Below, in pieces: positions 22,991 through 33,857 of a stretch of DNA of 64,000 bases. The notes beneath the pieces were generated by a model that saw nothing but the letters and a program-made list of their open reading frames with translations, had not been told where the DNA came from and made no database searches. Source of the DNA: Planktothrix sp. GU0601_MAG3 (lineage in GTDB: Bacteria > Cyanobacteriota > Cyanobacteriia > Cyanobacteriales > Microcoleaceae); the NCBI GenBank assembly GCA_035193785.1, contig CP136572.1:3764578-3828577 (forward strand), in the 5' to 3' direction. A program made the translations under genes and the position numbers. How positions within the stretch are numbered: the stretch's first letter is position 1; every line of letters starts with the position of its first letter.

Positions 22991-23103
22991 TTTAAACAGG
23001 ACTTACGCACAAGACCAAGGAAACCTGGTTTCTGGCCCTGATTTTGCCGATGAAATCGAGATTTCTCGTTCAGAAACCCGATTTCTGCGTAAGTCGTTTT
23101 AAA
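22991..23103. repeat. Nested MITE-like element
   Basis: Outer inverted repeats TTTAAACAGGACTTACGCA / TGCGTAAGTCGTTTTAAA enclose degenerate GAAACCTGGTTTCT...AGAAACCCGATTTCT. Confidence 0.7.
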
Positions 23104-23178
23104 TTAGACGAAAGCATGGCTATGCAAAGAGAAAAAAAGAGACGTGCAAAGGCGCGTCTCCAGGGGCGGGAATGATAT

Positions 23179-23971
23179 TTAGTTCGTGAACCCGTCTAAA
23201 TTGAAGACTTTTTCCTCAGAACTACTCCCTAAATCTGTGTTTTCGCCTTCGGTTAAATCATAACTTTTCTCTGTTAAACGAGCAGAAGTTTCCGTAAGCA
23301 AGGCGTCACTATTTAAAGCCGTCCAAATTTCTGGACTAACTTGATTACTGCTTTCTAAGCCCTGGGCAATTTGAAATTCATGCAGTGCCGCCAGGGTGCG
23401 GGAACCCAAAATCCCATCCACCGGGCCAGGACGATAGCCTTTGGCCATTAAACGTTCCTGTAATACACGAACATCCGTTCCCCGGGAAACCTCTGGATAA
23501 AACACCCTGCTGATTAACCCGAACCGGACTGGCCACTTGAGGCTCTACCGATAGAGCTTGCCAGGTATCACGGTCTACAACACCCGTCACTTCTAATCCC
23601 TTAGCCTGCTGAAACGCCTGCACCGATGCCGTTGTCCGAGGGCCAAAAACACTATCAATTTTACCCGGGGTGAACCCATGGGCTTTTAACCGTTGCTGTA
23701 ACCCCGTGACTTGGGAGCCTTGAGTGCCTTGGGATAATACCCGTTCCCGATGGCGAGGGGGCTCAGTTTCGGATTGATAAAAAGGTTTAGAAAACAGTTC
23801 CCGTCTGGCTGTTTCCGTGTCCGTCAAGCTGGGGTTTACCCCAGAATCGCCGTTTTCCTGCCAGGATTCTGTGATTCCTGAACTAGAACTCGATGTCGCC
23901 AAAGCAACGGGAGCAAAGACAGGCAGAACTAAAGAAAATAAGCCGGCAATAATAGCAGTTTTAATCCCCAT
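23179..23971 (-). CDS. Exported peptidoglycan-binding domain protein (two PG_binding_1 repeats); frameshift at 23486
   Basis: Signal peptide; LSQGTQGSQVTGLQQRL..GF.PG.IDSVFGPRT..V..FQ and a second copy after repair (LSRG-SRGTDV). Confidence 0.88.
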
Positions 23972-24095
23972 GGCTTTGACCCTATATTTTATAAAGTTTG
24001 ATTGTACTAAATTTAAGTTTCTGAACTGAATTTTATCATCACCGAGGAGGAGGCAAGTCAGAAAATGGGTTATTTATTAAGTTTTAACAAAAAAT

Positions 24096-24122
24096 TAACC
24101 CTCTCGGTCATCAAGGGGGTTA
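24096..24122. terminator. Hairpin downstream of rpe
   Basis: TAACCCTCT...AGGGGGTTA stem followed by a T-run on the minus strand. Confidence 0.5.
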
Positions 24123-24150
24123 ATAATAGGAAAACCCAATCAAACTCAGA

Positions 24151-24854
24151 TTAGACCGTTGCTAACTCAGGAGTAGGGCGTTTGCTATGGCGAATTCCTT
24201 CAATGGCTTTAGCATAATCGGGGGCATTGAATACCGCCGAACCCGCAACAATGGCGTTAGCTCCAGCTTCCAAGACCTGCCAAGTATTATCGCCTTTGAG
24301 ACCGCCATCCACCTCAATCCAGGGATTTAAACCCCGTTCATCGCACATTTGACGTAGGGCGCGAATTTTCGGCACAATTCCCGGGATAAACTTCTGACCA
24401 CCAAAACCTGGGTTAACACTCATAATTAACACCAAGTCGCAAAGTTCTAACACATATTCAATTAATTCTAAGGGGGTAGAAGGATTCAGAACCACACCCG
24501 CTTGTTTACCCAGTTCTCGAATTTGACCCAGGGTTTTCTATGTAGGTGGGGAGAAGCGTTGTGTTCGGCGTGAATCGAAATAATATCAGCACCCGCTTTC
24601 GCAAAACCTTCGACGTATTTTTCCGGTTCCACAATCATTAAGTGGACATCCAGGGGTTTTTTAGTCACGGGACGAATAGCTTCTACGATTAATGGCCCAA
24701 TGGTAATATTGGGAACGAAGCGACCATCCATCACATCAACGTGAATCCAATCGGCGCCAGCTTCATCCACCGCCCGAATTTCTTCACCAAGACGACTAAA
24801 ATCCGCTGATAATATAGAGGGGGAAATAACAATCGGTTTAACGGTTGTGGTCAT
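24151..24854 (-). CDS. rpe: Ribulose-phosphate 3-epimerase; +2 frameshift at 24533
   Basis: [36 protein letters not shown]; repair gives HLHR-TLGQI. Confidence 0.95.
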
Positions 24855-24979
24855 GGGTTAATCTGTTCTCCTGCATCTCAAGTTGCCACCATTGTATCAG
24901 AATCCCGGTATTGGGTTGGCTGGTTTTAGAAGTTAAGGAAATATTTCCTGTTTTCGGTGCTTACTTTATTTTTTATTGT

Positions 24980-25354
24980 ATGAAAACCCATCACCTCTAC
25001 GAGAATCCCGAACATGAACGGTTACAGTTGTTTGTTTATTTAATCCCCATATTTGGTTTCTTTCCGGCATTATGGACATTGTATCGACAGCAAGGCACAA
25101 AACAACAACAAGCCGTGAGTCGGTTGGTGATTGTGTTAGCGTTCAGTTGGTTAACAGCACTGATATTGTTAGGAACTGGAGACTATAGTGCGGAATCCCT
25201 GACCTTGCCCATGTTATTAACCAGTAGTCTGTTGACCAGTAGTTATTTTATTGTCAGCCTGGGCTTAATGATTAAAGTCTGGAAACGTCAACCAATATGG
25301 CTTCCTGGAATTAGCCGCCTAGCTGAACAAGTATTAGGCAAACATCTGCCATAA
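24980..25354 (+). CDS. Small three-TM hypothetical membrane protein
   Basis: YLIPIFGFFPALWTLY and two more hydrophobic segments; ATG at 24980 is in frame with the tracked ORF. Confidence 0.7.
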   Translation: MKTHHLYENPEHERLQLFVYLIPIFGFFPALWTLYRQQGTKQQQAVSRLVIVLAFSWLTALILLGTGDYSAESLTLPMLLTSSLLTSSYFIVSLGLMIKVWKRQPIWLPGISRLAEQVLGKHLP

Positions 25355-25424
25355 TAGGTTGGTTCTAAAAGAATCCCCGATTTCGCCATCAGTGTATTAT
25401 CCCTAAAAATTACTTATTGATTGT

Positions 25425-26880
25425 GTGAGGAAGTTCGTGTCAGCACCAAGATATCAGAGTCAAAAACCATTGCCAAACCTGTCAAAACCCAATCTCAGGA
25501 AATTAGCTCAATCTAGTCCTGGACGCTGGTTAGGACTGGGTTTAGGTTTGGCTGGAGTCGCCATGATTTCAGCCACCGCCGGGGCTTTATTAGCCGTCTC
25601 CCTATCGACAACACCCCTACTACAGCAAAAACTAACCCCCGAAGAAGCGGCGGTTTTTTCCCAGGGCCAAATGGCCACCACCAACATGAAACTACCGGAA
25701 TTAACCCGCCCGGTGAATATTCTGGTGATGGGGGTGAAGGTTTTAACCTCAGATTTAGAAGATGATTCCCACCCGGAAGTCGGATACCATGCTTTGGTGG
25801 ATTCCTTTAAGGGGTTATCGGATACAATGCTATTAATCCGCTTTGATCCGGCTAACAAACAGTTAAAAGTATTATCAATTCCTCGGGACACCCGGACGTA
25901 TGTAGAGGGTCGGGGAATGACTAAAATTAATGATGCCAACTATTATGGCGGCCCGGCTTTAAGTGCAAAAGCCACCAGTGAATTATTAGGCGGTGTGGGA
26001 ATAGACCGTTATGTGCGGGTGAATGTGCAAGGAGTAGAAAAATTAATTGATGCCATGGGAGGCGTGAATATTTACGTCCCCAAAGATATGAAATATCAAG
26101 ATGATAGTCAGCATCTCTATATTAATTTAAAACAAGGGGAACAACACCTAAATGGAGCGCAAGCCCTACAATTTTTACGGTTTCGTTATGATGCTTTAGG
26201 CGATATCGGACGGGTACAACGTCAACAAATGCTAATTCGGGCGTTCATGGAACAGTCATTAAATGTCAGTACCATTTCTAAACTGCCCCAAGTTATGTCA
26301 ATTGTTCAGTCTCATATTGATACTAATTTAAGTTTGGAAGAATTAGTTGCCCTAGTTGATTTTGCCACTAATATTAAACGCGAAAACGTACAAATGTTGA
26401 TGGTTTCCCGGTCAATTTAGCGACCCGAAAGAATATCGAGCCAGCTATTGGTTACCCGATGCAGCCCGCTTAGAAAATGTAGTGGCTCAACATTTTGATT
26501 TTGGTCAGGATGTTTGGAAATTTGATAATATTGATCCCAAAGATTTAAGGATTGCCATTCAAGATAGTAATGATAGTTCTGATGCTATTGATAAATTGGT
26601 TGGCACTTTGAATGATGGGGGTTTTTGGAACGTCAAAATTTCTAAACCTTGGACAGAACCCTTAGAAGAAACTAAAATTGTCGCTCAGGATGGGGATATT
26701 AAAAGCGCTGAATCCTTACAAAGATCCCTGGGTTTTGGTAAGGTTGTGGTAGAAAGTACGGGATTTTTAGAATCTGATTTAACCATTCAAGTCGGGAAAG
26801 ATTGGTTAAAAAAATACCAGCAACCTAGTCCTGCTGCGTCTCCAGGGCTTGAATTAACTCCTAATTCCACAAAAAGATGA
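25425..26880 (+). CDS. LCP (LytR-CpsA-Psr) family protein with LytR C-terminal domain; frameshift at 26403
   Basis: SDTMLL, SIPRDT, KINDA, RFRYDALGDIGRVQRQQ; repair gives MLMV-PGQFS; DLTIQVGKDW. Confidence 0.9.
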
Positions 26881-26931
26881 TCGTCGGGGTTGGGTCTTTA
26901 AACCCTCTTAATGGTTTCAAAATTACGCTCA

Positions 26932-26996
26932 AGAAACCGGGTTTCTAATTAAGATTGATTGGATTAAATCAATATTTGTTAAGAAACCCGGTTTCT
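26932..26996. repeat. AGAAACCGGGTTTCT-family element downstream of the TA pair
   Basis: Same palindromic termini as the other copies. Confidence 0.85.
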
Positions 26997-27100
26997 GAAA
27001 GCGATCGCAGTTAACCAAATCTGAGTATTATACTCGAAATAACCAGTATTTCACAATCAAATGAAGCATAAACCCAATTTTAATTAGATGCTATTCAAGA

Positions 27101-27361
27101 TTATTCATACACTTGACGGCGATGTGCAATCACAATAACTATAATTTGCTTTTTTTCCTCATTAATAGAATAGACAACTCGATAGTCTCCAACACGATAA
27201 CGATAATATCCAGCTAACTCGCCTTTAAGGGGTTTAATATTAGGATGGTAACGAGGGGTAATTTTAATTGTATGAAAACAGCGATCTAACTTTTTCTGAA
27301 GGGAAGCAGATGCTTCTTCAAAAAAGTCCTGAGCTTCACGATTAATAACAATTTCATACAT
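27101..27361 (-). CDS. RelE/ParE family type II toxin
   Basis: IKPLKGELAGYYRYRVGDYRVVYSI...IAHRRQVY; ATG 27361 directly follows the antitoxin stop. Confidence 0.9.
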   Translation of the reverse strand: MYEIVINREAQDFFEEASASLQKKLDRCFHTIKITPRYHPNIKPLKGELAGYYRYRVGDYRVVYSINEEKKQIIVIVIAHRRQVYE

Positions 27362-27365
27362 AAAA

Positions 27366-27596
27366 TTAATATTTCCGTTTGAGTTTATCAACAGAAATCA
27401 ATCGATCTTCTAAAACATCTTCCTTGCCTTTTTCAAAAGATTCTTTAAACCCAGGAATTTTAAGTAATTCTTCTGTTGCTTCTTGACTTTCTCGTTCTGC
27501 TAAATACGATAAAAAATCCGCAGCTACCACGAGTTTTTCTGGAGATAGCTGATCAACATACTGTTTAACTTGATTGCGAATATCAGTAACGTTCAT
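27366..27596 (-). CDS. Probable cognate antitoxin
   Basis: 76-aa charged ORF (DFLSYL...EATEELLKIPGF) directly upstream of the toxin. Confidence 0.8.
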   Translation of the reverse strand: MNVTDIRNQVKQYVDQLSPEKLVVAADFLSYLAERESQEATEELLKIPGFKESFEKGKEDVLEDRLISVDKLKRKY

Positions 27597-27664
27597 AAAG
27601 TTATTTTGAATTGGGTTATTGTCTATTATATAATTTTTTTGAAGAATGCGATCACACAATTTCA

Positions 27665-27729
27665 AGAAACCGGGTTTCTAATTAAGATTGGTCTCCTCAA
27701 ATCAAGCTCTGTTGAGAAACCCGGTTTCT
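27665..27729. repeat. AGAAACCGGGTTTCT-family element upstream of the TA pair
   Basis: Shares TCAAGAAACCGGGTTTCTAATTAAGATTG with the 26929 copy. Confidence 0.85.
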
Positions 27730-27735
27730 GATTCA

Positions 27736-29097
27736 TTATTTTTGTTGATCACAGCGAACTTTAATATATTCTCGAATAATAAAAGATAAACCAAATAAAA
27801 CCTGATCAGATTCAATTATTTTTATTAAATAGCGTCTCGTCAAAGAGTCTAACCCATTAATTAAATTAATTGACGATAATGATAGACTTTCTCTTAAATG
27901 TTCTCTGGATACAGGGTGATTATCCTGACTTAATTCTATAATAATCTGTTGTTCAATGGGTGATAATCGCTCAAATAATTGACTTAAACGAGATTGAATA
28001 GATTCTGTTAAAATTAAGCTATTTTCCTTTAAAAATTCAGAGACTTTACCGCTAAAGAGTTTTTTAATTAAATTTGCAATATCTTTTAAATAAACCGGAT
28101 TTCCGTTATATAATTGAATTAGTGTTGACCAACTCTCCTGATCTTGTAAACCATAGTTTTTCAGAATATCAATACTATCTAACCCTTGTAATTCCAAACA
28201 CTGAACGGGATATAATTCCTCATCCAAGGAGATCATTTCTTGGCATTTTTCCTGACTGATTAAAATTAAACTGCTTTTGTGTTCAATCTCAGTGATCATT
28301 GTCAAAAAGGGTTGATAATCTCGATATTCACTTTTATATTGTCCGGCTGCTTTTTCTTTAATAAATACTTCCTGTACGTCATCTAGGATGATTAAACATT
28401 TTTTATCACGAAAAAGATTTAAAATTTGAGTTAATTTATCGTCAGTTAAAACTGAATCAGTATTAATATTTGTTAGAATTTCAGTTAGAATACTATCTAA
28501 AGATGGGGAGAGTTTGATATTTTTCCAGATAATAATATCAAAGTGTTGTAAGTTCAGGTCAACAAATTGTTTAACTAGAGTTGTTTTACCAATACCACTT
28601 AATCCTAAAACTGAGACTAGACGAGTATTTTGATCAATTAACCAATGGGATAGGGTGTTCAGTTCGGTGGTGCGATCGTAAAAATAGGTTATTTTAGGAG
28701 CTATTGTTAAATCGTGAAATACTGTGGAAGTATTAGAAAGTTTGTCTGATAGAAGTTCTTTCGTATTATTATGAAAACTCTTTGAACAAAAATTAAAATT
28801 TTGATTAATTTCTACAATTTGTGATGAGGGTGAAGATGTTATCTTGGTTCTTTCTATTGTAGAGCAAAAATTAGATTTTTTAACATCTTCCCCTAGCTGT
28901 TCTGATAAAATTTGCAATAATTTATGACCAATATCTTTAACCCGACTCTCACTCCGATTAGATTCCTCTGCAATTGTCTTATAAGTTTGACCTTGCCACA
29001 ACCCCTTAATTACTTCCTCTTGCAGATCATCTAAATGTTTTCCGGTTTGAGCAAAGACTAACTCATTTGCTAATTGTAAAGCCTCTGTAACAGTCAT
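27736..29097 (-). CDS. STAND (NB-ARC-type) NTPase with N-terminal HTH-like domain and no C-terminal repeat sensor
   Basis: HLDDLQEEVIKGLWQGQTY..IAEE, Walker A GLSGIGKT, Walker B LIILDD, YNGNP, GLDSLTRRYLI. Confidence 0.85.
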   Translation of the reverse strand: MTVTEALQLANELVFAQTGKHLDDLQEEVIKGLWQGQTYKTIAEESNRSESRVKDIGHKLLQILSEQLGEDVKKSNFCSTIERTKITSSPSSQIVEINQNFNFCSKSFHNNTKELLSDKLSNTSTVFHDLTIAPKITYFYDRTTELNTLSHWLIDQNTRLVSVLGLSGIGKTTLVKQFVDLNLQHFDIIIWKNIKLSPSLDSILTEILTNINTDSVLTDDKLTQILNLFRDKKCLIILDDVQEVFIKEKAAGQYKSEYRDYQPFLTMITEIEHKSSLILISQEKCQEMISLDEELYPVQCLELQGLDSIDILKNYGLQDQESWSTLIQLYNGNPVYLKDIANLIKKLFSGKVSEFLKENSLILTESIQSRLSQLFERLSPIEQQIIIELSQDNHPVSREHLRESLSLSSINLINGLDSLTRRYLIKIIESDQVLFGLSFIIREYIKVRCDQQK

Positions 29098-29307
29098 AGG
29101 GTTACGATGTAGTCAGGGATGTAGCCATTATAACCTAAAATCAAACAGAACTTAATCAAACATTTTAGAACAGTTTAGAACTTTACCCTCATAATTCGTA
29201 ACAAAATTCACGATTTAATCGTACATTTCAGGATTTCTAAAATCACAATTTTATCTGATGATATTTCATTGTAATTTTATCCCCATCACCAGACTCTCTA
29301 AGTTGAG

Positions 29308-29892
29308 ATGATTATGAATATTTTTAAACATAGGTTAGTTAATGGATGGCTCTCCAGTTTGATTTTAGCAACTCTATTTCTTGATACAGGAAATTTAGTT
29401 TATGCTCAAGCTCGTCGGTCAGGAGTTACTTCTTTGGCAGAGCTAGGATGTCAAGGTTCAGATTATTCAAATTATACTGCTGCCAACCGAGATTTCATTG
29501 TAGGTTTTGAAGTCTTCAGATCAGTTGGTTATCTTAGACGTAGCGGAGGTGCGCCTGATAATAAGTCCTATACTCTTGACAACAACGGGAGTCGAGCAGC
29601 GTGCAGATTAGCTGCACCAGGAGAAACACCCAGATTTAGAACTCTAAGTTTAGCAATTGGTATCCCAGATGATCATGCTTATGGTAAAGGTTCTGTTAGT
29701 AGGTTATCAATCTACAAAGATGGACAGTTTTATGAATACAAAGATTTAACTGCGGGACAAAAAGTTTTATGGATTATAGATGTTACTAATACTCGTAGCA
29801 TTGGTTTAGAAGGTCAATGTATAAAAACGGGTTCTTCCTGGGGTACTCAGAACTGCCCTGCAATTTATTTTTTTGAAGATCTTTTAGAATAA
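29308..29892 (+). CDS. Exported Cys-containing hypothetical protein (beta-sandwich, NPCBM-like by inference)
   Basis: Signal peptide ending VYA; TLSLAIGIPD...LSIYKDG...IDVTNTRSIGLE. Confidence 0.65.
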   Translation: MIMNIFKHRLVNGWLSSLILATLFLDTGNLVYAQARRSGVTSLAELGCQGSDYSNYTAANRDFIVGFEVFRSVGYLRRSGGAPDNKSYTLDNNGSRAACRLAAPGETPRFRTLSLAIGIPDDHAYGKGSVSRLSIYKDGQFYEYKDLTAGQKVLWIIDVTNTRSIGLEGQCIKTGSSWGTQNCPAIYFFEDLLE

Positions 29893-29900
29893 TTAACTCT

Positions 29901-30591
29901 ATGAAACGGAGAAAATTCATATACTATAGTGGTCTGGGGACTGCTTCTTTTATCGTTAATTTAGGCTTACATAACCCCAAACGAGCAGATGCTTTCTTGT
30001 TTTTCTTATTAGCTAACCCGGTTTTACGTTTAGTCATGGGAAGCTTAGGAAGATCAGCGTTTTCTTTCTTTCAAAGAAGACAGCAAGAATGGTGGGATAA
30101 AAGGCTAGAAGTTCAGTTAGCCCAACGGGAGTTTTTGCATCGACAATTCCAAGATATTACTGTTGCAGAAATCAGAAGTCCTCAATATTCGGTAATAATT
30201 GGATCAGAAACGTCGTGAAAGTTTAGGAAATAATGCAGCACTGGTGTTTCCTCGCATTGAAGATAGTAGACCCACCCTATCTGCATTTTCTGGCGCTGCT
30301 TCTATCGGAATGGCGATCGCAGCACAATATTTGCAGGAAAATACACGCCTAACCACTCCTCAAATTCAAGCTGCAATTTTACCCAGAATGGCAGGGGGAA
30401 TTGATTATTCTGATTGGCGAGATTGGAATAGTAGCAGTTTTAGAGGTTATCCTAATAGTTACTCCGATACTGGGGTTAGAATTCGTTATGATGCAGTACA
30501 ACCCACTAAGGGAGGTTTTGGGATGATTGATGTTAATGTCAATGCTAATTTACTGATTAAGATTCCACCTATTAAGGTCAATTTTGCTTAA
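29901..30591 (+). CDS. Twin-arginine (Tat) exported hypothetical protein; frameshift at 30207
   Basis: MKRRKFIYYSGLG...ADA signal; the ORFs join as GSE-RRESLG. Confidence 0.7.
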
Positions 30592-30672
30592 ATATTTATT
30601 AATTATAAATTTAAAAATTAAGCATTGGCAATAACTAAAAAAACAATCTAAATAGTTTGAGATCCAATTCAT

Positions 30673-30701
30673 CGTAGGGGCGAGGCGTGCCTCGCCCCTA
30701 C
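30673..30701. repeat. GTAG-type REP palindrome
   Basis: GTAGGGGCGAGGCGTGCCTCGCCCCTAC. Confidence 0.8.
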
Positions 30702-31135
30702 AGGGGAATATAGATATTTTTTGGAATTAATAATCAGCGCGAGTTCTTTTAAGAAGAAAATAAAATTAGATTTAAAACCCAAAAAATCTCCAAGCCAAGC
30801 ACTTAAAAGAATTAAAATGAGGTTAGCGATCGCATAATTCCTCACCCACCCCCGAACTTGCTTAACTATCCGTTAGGACATATCCGCCTGAGACGATCAA
30901 AATCAATGGCCTACCCGGGTCAAAGTCCGTGACATTATATCGATCCGAGGGGGCAATGGCAACCCCATATCAAAATTACGGGTGTCCTCACTGCACGTTT
31001 GACCAAATAACGTTACATTAGACTGTAGTATCTCAATAAAAGTTTACATCGGGACATTAAAACCTATCATCGTCCCCCCCACCAGGGATGACAACTCCAT
31101 AAAAATAAACGTTATATAGGGAGTGAGCAGAAAAA

Positions 31136-33614
31136 ATGTTTGAATACTTCTCGGATAAGGCAATTAAGGCGGTGATGTTAGCTCAGGAAGAAGCCCGACG
31201 CCTGGGACATAACTTTGTAGGCACAGAACAAATTCTTGTGGGCTTGATCAGTGAAGGAACCAGTGTCGCCGCCAAGACATTGAAGGCACAAGGGTTAAGC
31301 CTGCGGGAAGTCCAAAAAGAAGTCGAGGCAATTATCGGTCGCGGGTCGGGTTTCCTCCCGGTGGAAATTCCCTTTACTCCCAGGGCTAAACGCATTTTTG
31401 AAACCGCGATGAAAGAAGCGCGACAAATGGGCAATAACTATATCGGCCCCGAACATATTTTACTGGGATTACTCCAAGACAACGAAGGAGTAGCATCAAA
31501 AGTCCTAGAAAATCTCGGAGTTGACCGTTCTCAAGTGCGGACTGAGGTGATTCGAGCCCTGGGAGAAGAAGCCACCGTCGCCCCAGGAGGAGGTAGTCGC
31601 AGCAAGTCCAACAAAACCGCTACCCTCGATGAATTTGGCACAAACCTCACCCAACTGGCCGCCGAGGGCAAACTTGACCCAATGATCGGTCGCCAACGGG
31701 AAATTGAGCGGGTAATTCAAATTCTGGGACGACGCACGAAAAATAACCCCGTGTTGGTGGGGGAAACCTGGCGTGGGAAAAACCGCCATTGCCGAAGGTT
31801 TAGCCCAACGCATTGTCAATAACGATGTTCCCGATGTCCTGGAAAACAAACAGGTGATCAGCTTGAGCATGGGAACTTTAATTGCGGGAACTCGTTTTCG
31901 CGGGGAATTTGAAGAGCGCCTAAAAACCATTGTCGAAGAAATTCGTACCGCCGGAAATATCATTTTAGTCATTGATGAAATTCATACCATCGTGGGTGCG
32001 GGTTCCATTGAAGGGACTATGGACGCCTCCAATATGCTCAAACCCGCCCTCGCCCGGGGTGAGTTGCAATGCTTAGGGGCGACTACCCTGGATGAATACC
32101 GCAAATATATTGAACGGGATGCGGCCCTGGAACGGCGTTTCCAACCCGTGATGGTCGGCGAACCCACCGTGGAAGAAACCGTAGAAATTCTGTTCGGGTT
32201 GCGTCGCGCCTATGAACAACACCATCAATTAACGATTTCCGATCAGGCTTTATACGCGGCGGCGACCTTATCCGATCGTTATATTAGCGATCGCTTTTTA
32301 CCCGATAAAGCCATCGATTTAATTGATGAAGCAGGTTCCCGAGTGCGGGTGATGAATTCCAAAGTTCCCCCAGAATTACGGGAATTAAAACGGGAATTAA
32401 CTAAAGTTATTGGCGAAAAAGAAACGGCCGTTAAACTCCAAGATTTCGACCAAGCCAGTCAACTGCGCGATCGGGAATTGGAAATCAAAGATAAACTGGA
32501 AACCCCGACTCAAAAAACCAATATAGCGGGTACGGGTTTAGTTGTTACAGAAGACGATATTGCCGAAATTTTAGCCTCTTGGACAGGTATTAATGTCAAT
32601 AAATTAACCGAATCGGAATCGGTAAAATTATTGAAATTGGAAGATATCTTACATGAACGTTTAATTGGTCAAAATGAAGCGGTAGGGGCCGTTTCTCGCG
32701 CCATTCGTCGTGCCCGGGTGGGGTTAAAAAATCCCGATCGCCCGATTGCTAGTTTCATTTTTTCTGGCCCCACGGGAGTCGGAAAAACCGAATTAACTAA
32801 GGCCCTAGCGACCTATTTCTTTGGGGCAGAAGACGCGATGATTCGTTTAGATATGTCGGAATATATGGAACGACATACGGTGTCTAAATTAATCGGTTCT
32901 CCCCCAGGATTTGTAGGCTATGAAGAAGGGGGACAATTAACCGAAGCTGTCCGTCGTCGTCCCTATACGGTGGTGCTATTTGATGAAATTGAAAAAGCCC
33001 ATCCCGATGTCTTCAATTTGTTATTACAAATCTTAGAAGATGGTCGTTTAACCGATGCCAAAGGTCGCACGGTCAGTTTCAAAAACACCTTAATTATTAT
33101 GACCTCGAACGTGGGTTCTAAGGTGATTGAAAAAGGCGGCGGCGGTTTAGGATTTGAATGGGGTGCTGCTTCAGAAGCCGATCAGCAATATAACCGGATT
33201 AAAAATTTAGTCCATGAGGAACTAAAACAATATTTCCGTCCTGAGTTTCTTAACCGTTTGGATGAAATTATTGTCTTCCGTCAATTGCAAAAATCCGAAG
33301 TTAAACAAATTGCGGAAATTCTACTCCGAGATCTGCTCGCCCGGTTAATGGAAAGAGACATTACTTTAACTGTCAGTGAAGGCTTTAAAGATCATTTAGT
33401 TAATGTGGGTTTTGACCAGAATTATGGGGCAAGGCCCTTACGTCGAGCCCTAATGAATCTGTTAGAAGATGCCTTGGCTGAAGCCTTATTAGCCGGAACA
33501 ATTAAGGATGGAGATCGGGCATTTATTGATGTAGATCAACAGGGAAAAGTTACAATTTCACCCGGAGATCATGCCCCTAATTCTATTAATGAATACGCCG
33601 TTACCCATTCCTAA
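31136..33614 (+). CDS. clpC: ATP-dependent Clp protease ATP-binding subunit, ClpC-type; frameshift at 31763
   Basis: Two Clp-N repeats, repaired Walker A GE-PGVGKT, second AAA domain [18 protein letters not shown]. Confidence 0.9.
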
Positions 33615-33633
33615 TTCACTTTAATTCTCATCC

Positions 33634-33663
33634 AACCCGTCTTACTCCGGTAGGGCGGGTTTT
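33634..33663 (+). terminator. Intrinsic terminator after clpC
   Basis: AACCCGTCTTAC-TCCG-GTAGGGCGGGTT followed by Ts. Confidence 0.7.
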
Positions 33664-33857
33664 GTATAGCAATAGGCAATGGGTAAATACTTACTATGAG
33701 CAGCTTTTAGCTTTCAAGAATGTCCTAATAGATGCGGCAACTGCTATATATCAAGTTTACTATCCTAGTTGAAGATCAATAATTGAGCCCTGAAGGGCTC
33801 ACTACGATGTTAAGATACAATAAAAATCAATTAACAAGAATCATTCAGGATACTGTT

